Below, piece by piece: positions 18,513-25,279 of a DNA stretch of 32,000 bases. The DNA is taken from the NCBI RefSeq assembly GCF_000015805.1, contig NC_009073.1, positions 1,050,001-1,082,000 of the forward strand. Direction: 5' to 3'. The stretch's first letter is position 1, and every line of letters begins with the position of its first letter. The DNA is from Pyrobaculum calidifontis JCM 11548 (GTDB lineage: Archaea > Thermoproteota > Thermoprotei > Thermoproteales > Thermoproteaceae). Under the pieces are notes generated by a model. It saw only the letters and a list, made by a program, of their open reading frames with translations. It was not told where the DNA came from and did no database searches. Made by a program: the position numbers and the translations under genes.

Positions 18513-19185
18513 TGGCGTAGTACCTGTCCACCTCCTCTAAGTCCTTGAGACTGTCCACAGAGCGCCAAAACACGTCTTTAAACACCACGGCCCTCAGCCG
18601 CCTCTCCTTCGCCAGCTTTGGGAAAAGCGTCTCTTCAATGTTGCCGCGCTCCGGCAACTCCTCCAGCACCCTGCGCCGAAGCACATATACCCCGGCATTT
18701 ATGAAGAATCCGTCTAGCAACGGCTTTTCGCGAAATCTAACGACGTACCCCTTTTCGTCGAACTCCACTATGCCGTAGGGGCTCCTAAGCGGGACTAGGG
18801 CGATGGCGCCGTCTGCTTCGCCAAGCGACTCGGCCAAGACGTCCACGGGCAAGTTCGTCAACACGTCTCCGTTTACCACTACAAAGACGTCGCTGTTTAT
18901 GAAGAGGGAGGCATTTCTAATTGCCCCGCCCGTCCCCAGCGGCTCCTCTTCTACGCTGTAAAAAATCCTCACCCCATAGCGCCTCCCGTCGCCCAAGGCC
19001 TCGAAGACCTTATGCCTCAGATACCCCACGGCGAGGATTATGTCGCCTATGCCGAAGCTCTTCAGCCACTCAATCTGCCTCACCAAGATGGGCTTCCCGC
19101 CCACGGGAAGCAGAGGCTTCGGCGTCTCCGAGGTCAGAGGGGCGAGGCGCTTGCCGAAGCCGCCCGCCAAAATCACGGCTTGCAT
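18502..19185 (-). CDS. Sugar-phosphate nucleotidyltransferase (glucose/mannose-1-phosphate NTP-transferase family)
   Basis: [34 protein letters not shown] is the canonical NTP-transferase N-terminus. ATG 19185 is about 27 nt from the AT-rich element at 19204-19219; the track's GTG is at 19197. The 3' end overlaps the gltX start by 11 nt. Confidence 0.85.
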   Translation of the reverse strand: MQAVILAGGFGKRLAPLTSETPKPLLPVGGKPILVRQIEWLKSFGIGDIILAVGYLRHKVFEALGDGRRYGVRIFYSVEEEPLGTGGAIRNASLFINSDVFVVVNGDVLTNLPVDVLAESLGEADGAIALVPLRSPYGIVEFDEKGYVVRFREKPLLDGFFINAGVYVLRRRVLEELPERGNIEETLFPKLAKERRLRAVVFKDVFWRSVDSLKDLEEVDRYYANEH

Positions 19186-19203
19186 AACCGCAGTCACGCC
19201 CCC

Positions 19204-19219
19204 TTATTTATATTTAAAT
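19204..19219. promoter_or_regulatory. Strong AT-rich TATA element serving divergent leaderless genes
   Basis: ttatttatatttaaat. Its centre is about 26 nt from ATG 19238 (plus) and about 27 nt from ATG 19185 (minus). Confidence 0.6.
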
Positions 19220-19237
19220 GAGCCACAACTTAGGGCT

Positions 19238-19447
19238 ATGATATTTCACACGTCTCAACTGCCGGCAATTGAGGAGGTGGAGGAGATCTTGAGGCGGTAC
19301 CGGGTGAAGCCTCTGGTGGTGAAGGGGTCGCTGGTCAACTTCGTATGGCCGCCGCAGCCCACCGGAGTTCCGCTTGACTTACTCAAGCGGCTTCCCCGCG
19401 ACGTCTACGTCGTGCTTAGGGGCAAGACGCTGATAATTGTGCCATGA
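19238..19447 (+). CDS. Hypothetical small protein 1 of the interlocked four-gene cassette (69 aa)
   Basis: MIFHTSQLPAIEEVEEILRRYRVKPLVVKGSLVNFVWPPQPTGVPLDLLKRLPRDVYVVLRGKTLIIVP. The start is supported by TATA spacing. The track's upstream extension (19040-) is antisense to the nucleotidyltransferase gene. Confidence 0.6.
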   Translation: MIFHTSQLPAIEEVEEILRRYRVKPLVVKGSLVNFVWPPQPTGVPLDLLKRLPRDVYVVLRGKTLIIVP

Positions 19448-19575
19448 TGCGGAAGATGAAGGTGGAGGATCTGCCAATCGAGCCCAAGGTGAAGGAGGTC
19501 TTGTTAAAAGTGCTGGGGCCGGGGGAGGAGGTATACGTCGAGCAAGTGGGAGGCAGAGTGAGGATCATCATATGA
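19444..19575 (+). CDS. Hypothetical micro-protein 2 of the cassette (43 aa), absent from the ORF track
   Basis: Read by hand: MMRKMKVEDLPIEPKVKEVLLKVLGPGEEVYVEQVGGRVRIII. Its ATG overlaps the upstream TGA (ATGA at 19444-19447) and its TGA overlaps the downstream ATG (ATGA at 19572-19575). Confidence 0.5.
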   Translation: MMRKMKVEDLPIEPKVKEVLLKVLGPGEEVYVEQVGGRVRIII

Positions 19576-19997
19576 TAGTGGTCAAATCGTCTAATGTGGA
19601 GAAGTTCGCCTGGCATGTGAGGTCTCTTCTTCCCCAGCTTGAGTCTACGCCGATGCTTCTCGCAAAGCGGCAGGTGGGGAACTACGTCATTGGGCTCGGC
19701 ACCTTGGGCTATTTATACACGACGCTGTCCTACGTCCTAGAGGTGTTGATAGAGGCGGATAAAATGGCCGACGACTTAAAGCTGAGAGACTACACCCTCG
19801 TGATAGGCCCCGAGGCCAGCTACATCACCACGACGCCGTTGCCCGAGGTGTTGCCGCCATTGCCACAGCCGCGCGAGGTGCCCCCAGTGCCGAGGGAGGA
19901 GGTGGCCATAAACACCTTCGGCTGCAGAGAGGCGCCGCGAGGCATGGTCAGCTTCTGCATAGGCGACGTAGAAATCGCGTACTACCTACCACAATGA
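19572..19997 (+). CDS. Hypothetical protein 3 of the cassette (141 aa) with an internal Pro-rich linker
   Basis: MIVVKSSNVEKFAWHV..., linker TTTPLPEVLPPLPQPREVPPVPREE, and a small C-terminal module with two Cys. The track's N-terminal extension (19437-) is Gly/Arg-rich junk overlapping ORF 2 in another frame. Confidence 0.6.
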   Translation: MIVVKSSNVEKFAWHVRSLLPQLESTPMLLAKRQVGNYVIGLGTLGYLYTTLSYVLEVLIEADKMADDLKLRDYTLVIGPEASYITTTPLPEVLPPLPQPREVPPVPREEVAINTFGCREAPRGMVSFCIGDVEIAYYLPQ

Positions 19998-20323
19998 TAT
20001 ATTTGACTCTGTCTGAGCTAGAGTCGCTTCTGACGTCGATTAGAAACTACGCGGAGAAGTACAGGACGACCAAGCCTGTGCTTGAGGCAGTGGAGGAGCG
20101 GTGGAAGAAGTTCGAAGAGCTCGCCTTCGCCTTCGGCGTCGAGCTAAAGCCCGCCGAGGGGGTTGAGTTCTACTCCGGCGGCCCCCTCCCGGACAACGCC
20201 GAGTTTGTTAGACGTCTAGATAGGCTAATAAGCACTATTAAGAAAATTAGGGAGATTTATGGAGATGTAAAAGTTATCGTAGATATTGATATAAATGTCA
20301 AAAAAGTCACAATCAAAATTTAA
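19994..20323 (+). CDS. Hypothetical protein 4 of the cassette (109 aa)
   Basis: ATGA overlap at 19994-19997. Helix-like N-half (LSELESLLTSIRNYAEKY, EERWKKFEELAFAF) and an Ile/Val/Lys-rich tail VKVIVDIDINVKKVTIKI. No family recognised. Confidence 0.6.
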   Translation: MIYLTLSELESLLTSIRNYAEKYRTTKPVLEAVEERWKKFEELAFAFGVELKPAEGVEFYSGGPLPDNAEFVRRLDRLISTIKKIREIYGDVKVIVDIDINVKKVTIKI

Positions 20324-20327
20324 ATAG
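20315..20327 (+). promoter_or_regulatory. TATA-like box for the CBS/DUF309 gene pair, overlapping the stop codon of cassette gene 4
   Basis: aaaatttaaatag is centred about 25 nt upstream of ATG 20346. Confidence 0.5.
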
Positions 20328-20345
20328 ACAGGAAAAAGACATCAT

Positions 20346-20762
20346 ATGCCTCTGATAAGGCGTAGGGAAATACCCCTAAGAGTCTCTGACATAATGGTAA
20401 AGGAGGTTGTGACGGCAAAGAAGGACGAGAAGATAAAAGACGTGGCCCTCCGGATGTATGAAAAGAAGGTTGGCAGCGTCGTTGTTGTAGACGAGGAGGG
20501 CAAGCCAGTGGGCATAATCACCGAGCGCGACATGGTCTACGTATGCGCCCGCGGACTCTCCCCCGACACGCCCGCATGGATGGTTATGACAGAGAACCCC
20601 GTTACAATCAACGAGAACGCACTAGTGACAGAGGCCATGGAGAAGATGCGACAACTCGACATACGCCACCTCCCAGTGGTAGACTCCACGGGCAAGCTCG
20701 TTGGCATCATATCCTTTAGAGACGTGTTAGACACCGCGCTGCTGTTGACGTCCATTAGATGA
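20346..20762 (+). CDS. CBS-domain pair protein
   Basis: 138 aa with two CBS repeats (VSDIMVKEVVTAKKDEKI..GSVVVVDEEGKPVGIITERD and MTENPVTINENALVTEAMEKMRQLDIRHLPVVDSTGKLVGIISFRD). Confidence 0.85.
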   Translation: MPLIRRREIPLRVSDIMVKEVVTAKKDEKIKDVALRMYEKKVGSVVVVDEEGKPVGIITERDMVYVCARGLSPDTPAWMVMTENPVTINENALVTEAMEKMRQLDIRHLPVVDSTGKLVGIISFRDVLDTALLLTSIR

Positions 20763-21280
20763 GGTATTTGCTCATAGTGGAGAACCCCGGCTACACAGTC
20801 AAAAATAGGCCGCATTTGTTAAAGGAACTCAGGGCGCACCTCCCAGTCATAGCCCTCAGAATCGCCACTCGGCACATAGAAGTAGATGTGAAAGGCGCCG
20901 ACCCCCAAGAGGCCAGGAAAATTGTCGAGAGGATTTTGGGAGGATCTGTGGTAGAGGTAGTGGACATAACCTTTGAAGAGGTCAAGGGCGGCGTAGAGGA
21001 CTACGTCCGGCTCTTTAACCAAGAGAGGTTTTGGGAGGCCCACAACGCCCTCGAGGGGCTTTGGAGATCCACCAGAAACCCCACGTTGCAGGGGCTGATC
21101 ATGCTCGCCGCTGCGTTCGTAAAACTGCAAGAGGGGCAGTTGGACAAGTTTGAAACACTGATAAAAGAGGCGGTGGGCCTAATAACAGAGGACGTGGGGT
21201 GTATAAGGGCCAAGGAGCTGAGGGAGAAGGCCTTGGCCGCGTTGGTACAGAAGGCGCCTTTTAGAATAGAATGCTCTTGA
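20759..21280 (+). CDS. DUF309-domain protein with an extra N-terminal domain of unknown type
   Basis: The C-half FNQERFWEAHNALEGLW...LQGLIMLAAAFVKLQEG fits the DUF309 helical motif. I do not recognise the N-half (about 80 aa). ATGA overlap with the CBS gene. Confidence 0.6.
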   Translation: MRYLLIVENPGYTVKNRPHLLKELRAHLPVIALRIATRHIEVDVKGADPQEARKIVERILGGSVVEVVDITFEEVKGGVEDYVRLFNQERFWEAHNALEGLWRSTRNPTLQGLIMLAAAFVKLQEGQLDKFETLIKEAVGLITEDVGCIRAKELREKALAALVQKAPFRIECS

Positions 21281-22025
21281 CTTTCTCAACGAGTCTGGGC
21301 AATATCTCCTCCACTCTCCCCCGCAGTATGTAGTCGGCGAAAAAGTCGTAGTACGTCTCATCTGCGTTTATTATGACGAGCTTTGCCCCCCTTTTCTTTG
21401 CCACCACGGGTAGCTGGTTGGCTGGATACACGGCGAGGGACGTCCCCACGGCTAGGAAGACCTCCGCTATTTCCGCGAGCATAAAGGCCTCCCGCAACGC
21501 GTCTTGCGGCAGAGGCTCGCCGAAGAAGACCACATCTGGCTTTAAAACTCCGCCGCACCTGGGGCACCTGGGCGCCCCAGCCGTGCGCCACTTCAATGCC
21601 TCGCGTAGTGGATACCTCATTCCACACTTTGTACAAACGGCGTCTCGCAACGCGCCGTGGAGCTCTACCACGTTTTTACTGCCGGCGGCTTGGTGCAACA
21701 TGTCCACATTCTGCGTAATTACGGCGCAGAGCTTTCCCACCCGCTCCAGCTCTGCTAATGCGTAGTGGGCTGGGTTCGGCTTTACGTCAAAGGCGGGCAG
21801 TAGGTATTGCACAAAGAGGTCCCACACCTCGTCTGGATGCTGGTGGAAGTAGGAAATCTCGAACTTCTCGGGGTCTACAAACCGCCACACGCCTTGGGGC
21901 CCTCTAAAGTCGGGAATGCCGCTCGCCGTAGACACTCCGGCGCCGGTGAGGGCCACAGTGCACCCAGACCTAGCTATGAGGGAGGCGACTTCATCAATTT
22001 CTCCAGCTGAGACATCCACCTCCAT
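21261..22025 (-). CDS. cobB: NAD-dependent protein deacylase, Sir2 family
   Basis: LTGAGVSTASGIPDFRGPQGVW, ITQNVDMLH and the Zn ribbon CTKCG...CPRCGG. Confidence 0.9.
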   Translation of the reverse strand: MEVDVSAGEIDEVASLIARSGCTVALTGAGVSTASGIPDFRGPQGVWRFVDPEKFEISYFHQHPDEVWDLFVQYLLPAFDVKPNPAHYALAELERVGKLCAVITQNVDMLHQAAGSKNVVELHGALRDAVCTKCGMRYPLREALKWRTAGAPRCPRCGGVLKPDVVFFGEPLPQDALREAFMLAEIAEVFLAVGTSLAVYPANQLPVVAKKRGAKLVIINADETYYDFFADYILRGRVEEILPRLVEKVKSILF

Positions 22026-22549
22026 ACTACGTACAGCCAGTAGAAGTATAAAAGCCCTAACGTGATTAGTCCAAGCACTACATAAAACGTAGCACTATGT
22101 GGGCGAAAAACCACAAGGCCCTTGGCAACTTGGAATATGTACAAGTCCCTCGTAAACACCTCCACTAGGTAGACCCATGCGACGAATCCCACCACCGCCA
22201 GTAGCGCGACGCCGAGGACGAAGAGCGCGAGCCCGGCGATTTTTTCCACGTCAACCGTTGGCTGTAGCTGTGGAATCTGGGAGGCTAGGAAGAACCCAGC
22301 CGCTTGTAAAAACACGCCAGATACCACGTAGAGGAGTATGGCGGCGTCGTAAGAGTCTGTGGGCAAAAACTTGGCGGCGTCCCCAGCCGCCGACTTTAGG
22401 CTGTTAAGCCCCCGGCGGAGTTGCATCAGCACGGCCCCCACCGCCACTACATACGCGGCGCCTGCCAGAGAGGAGAGCAGTAGTTGGCCGACCACGCCGG
22501 CGGCTAAGGAGACTATGTACAACGCCAAGGCGGCCACGATTAGCCGCAT
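21974..22549 (-). CDS. Polytopic membrane protein (4-5 TM), unknown function
   Basis: Hydrophobic segments throughout (IVAALALYIVSLAAGVV, AAYVVAVGAVLM, ILLYVVSGVFLQAAGFFLA, GLALFVLGVALLAVVGFVAWVYL, FYVVLGLITLGLLYFYWLYVVW). cctataaatag (minus sense, about 22571-22580) lies about 27 nt upstream. Its 3' end overlaps the Sir2 start by 52 nt. Confidence 0.6.
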   Translation of the reverse strand: MRLIVAALALYIVSLAAGVVGQLLLSSLAGAAYVVAVGAVLMQLRRGLNSLKSAAGDAAKFLPTDSYDAAILLYVVSGVFLQAAGFFLASQIPQLQPTVDVEKIAGLALFVLGVALLAVVGFVAWVYLVEVFTRDLYIFQVAKGLVVFRPHSATFYVVLGLITLGLLYFYWLYVVWRWMSQLEKLMKSPPS

Positions 22550-22602
22550 GTTTATAAAACGCGGCGTTGCTATTTATAGGTGACGAAGATGAACCCCCCT
22601 GA

Positions 22603-22998
22603 CTAGTGAAGAAGTCGTTGCTCGCCGAGTATTACAACCCTCGGCGTGGGGATGTCCGGCCTCAGCTCCACCACCTTGTCGCCGTAGCCGCAGCGGGGCG
22701 TCACGTCCAGCGGCTCTGCGTACACCCACCCCGTGGTCTCCGTGCCGCTCACCCACACAATTTTGAGAGGCAGGTAGGTGTTCTTCATCCAAAAACACCA
22801 AGTGGCGTTTCTCGGGAATAGAAACGCCATGCCCACTGCGCCGACGCCGCGGGGGTCGTACGACGTCACGTTCATGTAGCCTACCGTCCACCTCGCCGCG
22901 TGGTCAGCCACGTAGAGTTGGTAGGTCCCCCCGTCCAACTGCGCCGTGGCTACAAGCGCGAAGGGCGATATGAGGAGAAGCGCTATCCATACAGCCAT
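22603..22998 (-). CDS. Secreted DUF192-family protein
   Basis: Signal-like N-terminus MAVWIALLLISPFALVATAQ. The core GMAFLFPRNATWCFWMKNTYLPLKIVWV matches the DUF192 GMLF..FWMKNT..PLD pattern. Confidence 0.62.
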   Translation of the reverse strand: MAVWIALLLISPFALVATAQLDGGTYQLYVADHAARWTVGYMNVTSYDPRGVGAVGMAFLFPRNATWCFWMKNTYLPLKIVWVSGTETTGWVYAEPLDVTPRCGYGDKVVELRPDIPTPRVVILGEQRLLH

Positions 22999-23795
22999 TT
23001 CTCCACCCAGCTATTTATCAGCTTCTCCATCTCCCCGCTTTGAAGCATGTCGTAAATCACCTTGTCCACCACGAGCTTTAGGTCGTGTGCGCAGAGGGGC
23101 ATGGCGGCCGCGCTGTAGCGCACGCCCACGGAGAAGGCCTGCCTCAGCTCTGGGAACTTGGCGACAAGAGCCCGCCCAACCACGCCGCCCACCACAATGG
23201 CGTCTAAGTCGCCCTTCTTCAACGCCTCAACCATGTAGGGGTAAACCTTGTCATATCTCACAATCTTTGAAGAGTTGCCGAGAGTTTTCACAGCCCAATC
23301 CTCTTGCACCGTGCCTATCTGCACGCCTATTGCCTTGCCCCTCAAGTCGTCTACGCTAGCGACCTTCCCAGACCCCAGGGTAATAACCACGGAGCTGTCC
23401 ACTTGGTACGGAATTGAGAAAAGCACCTGTGCCTCCCTCTCGGGGGTTATGGCCATGTCAGCCAACACGAGGTCGACTTCGCCTCTTTTAACCGCCTCTA
23501 TCAGCCCTGAAAACTTAATGTCGCGTATCTCAAGCTGGACCCCAAGCGCGTTGGCGATCCTTTTGGCAATTTCAACGTCTATACCCACGATCTGTCCCCC
23601 CTCGACGTACTCGTAGGGGGGCCAATCCGCCGAAGTGCCAAGGATGAGCTTCCCCCTCTTCTTTATTGCGTCCACAGACGTGGGGCATGTGGGCGGGGCG
23701 GCTTGTTGTTGCTGAGCGCCCCAATTGGCCAAGGCGCCTAAGACAACTCCGATGACTAGCCCCAGCGCGAGTCCTACTATGACCTTGTAATCCAT
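22983..23795 (-). CDS. Membrane-anchored periplasmic-type solute-binding protein (family 3, polar amino acid type)
   Basis: N-terminal TM IVGLALGLVIGVVLGAL, then a Gln/Pro linker, then LILGTSADWPPYEYVEGGQIVGIDVEIAKRIANALG and DLVLADMAITPERE, typical of SBP_bac_3. Confidence 0.8.
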   Translation of the reverse strand: MDYKVIVGLALGLVIGVVLGALANWGAQQQQAAPPTCPTSVDAIKKRGKLILGTSADWPPYEYVEGGQIVGIDVEIAKRIANALGVQLEIRDIKFSGLIEAVKRGEVDLVLADMAITPEREAQVLFSIPYQVDSSVVITLGSGKVASVDDLRGKAIGVQIGTVQEDWAVKTLGNSSKIVRYDKVYPYMVEALKKGDLDAIVVGGVVGRALVAKFPELRQAFSVGVRYSAAAMPLCAHDLKLVVDKVIYDMLQSGEMEKLINSWVEKWLYG

Positions 23796-23909
23796 AAATA
23801 GTGAAATGTTGAGGGTTTTAATGTTGAAGCTCGGTCGGCTTGACTTGTGAAGAGGCTAGACGACACTGAAACTTTCAATTGACGCTGTGCACCGAAATTT
23901 ACACGTGGG

Positions 23910-23919
23910 CTATAAAAAT
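23910..23919 (+). promoter_or_regulatory. TATA box for a small leaderless ORF
   Basis: ctataaaaat is centred about 24 nt upstream of GTG 23938. Confidence 0.45.
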
Positions 23920-23937
23920 GGGGATACACATGCCGTT

Positions 23938-24129
23938 GTGAAAGCCTTCTTAGTAACCAAGAACCCGTCCACCCCCCTCCCAGAGGGCATAAAAGTGGTG
24001 TACATACCCTTTGTAGAAGAAGACGTGTTGTATATATTCGACGAGAGATTTGGATTCCTAGAAATCACTGGGAAAGAAAAAATCGGCGAGTTTATTGCCC
24101 AGAGAAGCGCGCAGAGAAGCTCTCAATAG
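23938..24129 (+). CDS. Possible small protein (63 aa), unknown function
   Basis: (M)KAFLVTKNPSTPLPEGIKVVYIPFVEEDVLYIFDERFGFLEITGKEKIGEFIAQRSAQRSSQ. The start is chosen by TATA spacing; the track ORF begins at GTG 23887. The last 38 nt overlap the convergent 378-aa gene. Confidence 0.35.
   Translation: MKAFLVTKNPSTPLPEGIKVVYIPFVEEDVLYIFDERFGFLEITGKEKIGEFIAQRSAQRSSQ
24077..24082 (-). terminator. Oligo-T tract (T6 on the minus strand) downstream of the 378-aa gene
   Basis: A6 on the plus strand at 24077-24082, which is T6 on the minus strand 10-15 nt past the TAA at 24092-24094. Confidence 0.3.
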
Positions 24130-25228
24130 AGGCAAAGAGGGCCTCTAGGTCCTCGTCAACAACGCCCACTCCTGGGTCAAAGGGCGAGTCCATCCCCGCC
24201 ACTCTGTCCTCGTGGGGCATGTATATGAAGAGCCTCTTGTGCGCAGTATTTGAGGCATACATAATTTCGCTAAACACGCCTCTGTGAAACATCCCCCGCA
24301 TAAACGGTCTATATACAACAACTGCGTCTGACTGAAGAATGTATCTAAAGTCCTTGTACCTAATTATGTTGTCAATGTCTCCCAACACCTCCTCCACCTG
24401 CTCCATGGGGATCTCCATGGGGTAGAGCTCTGCCTCGTCCTCTACGGCCGGCTTTATCCCAGCTGGGAGAAGCCACCTATCCTCGGCGTGTACAACAACG
24501 ACGTTTCCCCGCCTCTCTCCAGTTCTCAATATGCGTTCGTCCATGGTAAGAGGGTCGAAGGCAACCAGCCTCATATGCGCCTTGGCCCTAAACGAGTCTA
24601 TCTCTTTCCTGGCCTCTGGGTCCCGCCGCACGTTTGTTATAGGGAAGGAGAGGTAGAACCTGGGCCTCCTCCCGCCGATGGACACGCCGTATATGGTCTT
24701 GGCCGGGTGCTTCACGGCTATGACCACGTTGGGTATTCCCAAGGCTTTTGCGATTATGTCGCCTATGAGAATAGACGCCGTCCGCCAAGCGAAGACGTCC
24801 TTTAGCCGTAGCGCGGCGCCGGTCCTCTCCTTCGCCTCCCTGAGCTGTATCCGCCGCCAGATCACGTGCGCCTCCTCTATGAGAGTTAAAACGACGTCGG
24901 GCTTAAACGCCCTCAGCAGAGATATGTCTACGGCTGGGAAAAACCTGCTTTTGCGGAAGTACGGGAGATTCATGAAGATCGCGGCGTGGTCTACCCCCTC
25001 CTCCTCTGCCCTGGCGATGGCTCTTGCCGTTGCCTCCCGCCAGACTCTGTCCTGCCAGTAGTAGTCGTCGCTGTCGAGGAATATAAGCCAGTCCACCTCC
25101 CTCTTCAGCTCATCTTCGACGAAGTACATGCCGAGCCTCCCCTTGCCCTCTGCCTTGTGGCATTCCTCGAGCTCTCTTGCCACCTCGCGCATTTTTACGC
25201 CAGTGGTCCCAATGGCGAGTACTCGCAC
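24092..25228 (-). CDS. Two-domain hypothetical protein: archaeal adenylate-kinase-like N-half with degenerate P-loop plus nucleoside 2-deoxyribosyltransferase-like C-half
   Basis: 378 aa, GTG start at 25228. The N-half VLAIGTTGVKMREVA ... FKPDVVLTLIEEAHVIWRRIQLRE ... NVVIAVKH parallels the archaeal adenylate kinase layout, but GTTGVKM replaces GxPGxGKS/T. The C-half RFYLSFPIT ... DAVVVYRP..HRGVFSEIMYASNTAHKRLFIYMP resembles the NDT-like YLAGP ... D.G..fEiGyA..gKpv pattern. That it is coding is solid; the function is inference. Confidence 0.7.
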   Translation of the reverse strand: MRVLAIGTTGVKMREVARELEECHKAEGKGRLGMYFVEDELKREVDWLIFLDSDDYYWQDRVWREATARAIARAEEEGVDHAAIFMNLPYFRKSRFFPAVDISLLRAFKPDVVLTLIEEAHVIWRRIQLREAKERTGAALRLKDVFAWRTASILIGDIIAKALGIPNVVIAVKHPAKTIYGVSIGGRRPRFYLSFPITNVRRDPEARKEIDSFRAKAHMRLVAFDPLTMDERILRTGERRGNVVVVHAEDRWLLPAGIKPAVEDEAELYPMEIPMEQVEEVLGDIDNIIRYKDFRYILQSDAVVVYRPFMRGMFHRGVFSEIMYASNTAHKRLFIYMPHEDRVAGMDSPFDPGVGVVDEDLEALFASIESFSARFSGQ

Positions 25229-25244
25229 GTACCTGGGATGTAAC

Positions 25245-25258
25245 GTATATATATTTAG
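25245..25258. promoter_or_regulatory. Near-palindromic TATA element shared by divergent genes
   Basis: gtatatatatttag. Its centre is about 23 nt from GTG 25228 (minus) and about 29 nt from ATG 25280 (plus). Confidence 0.55.
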
Positions 25259-25279
25259 TACGCATCTACGCCTGTGAGA

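Noticed and set aside
19040-19237. N-terminal extensions offered by the track (19040-19237, 19437-19571, 30040-30186, 30997-31200, 14851-14877, 1469-1507)
   Set aside because: The extensions run through the neighbouring gene or its antisense and have aberrant composition (Gly/Arg or Trp/Cys-rich). They would also place the start codon upstream of or on top of the TATA box. Internal starts give canonical family N-termini.
23847-23869. Possible C/D box sRNA half-site: gtgaaga, a 12-nt spacer, then ctga
   Set aside because: The C-box-like heptamer has a mismatch to RUGAUGA. No acceptable C' box or terminal D box (CUGA) follows at the expected spacing, and there is no terminal stem. Other TGATGA occurrences (about 15319, and the minus strand at about 19565 and about 21998) are inside coding regions and also lack the partner boxes.
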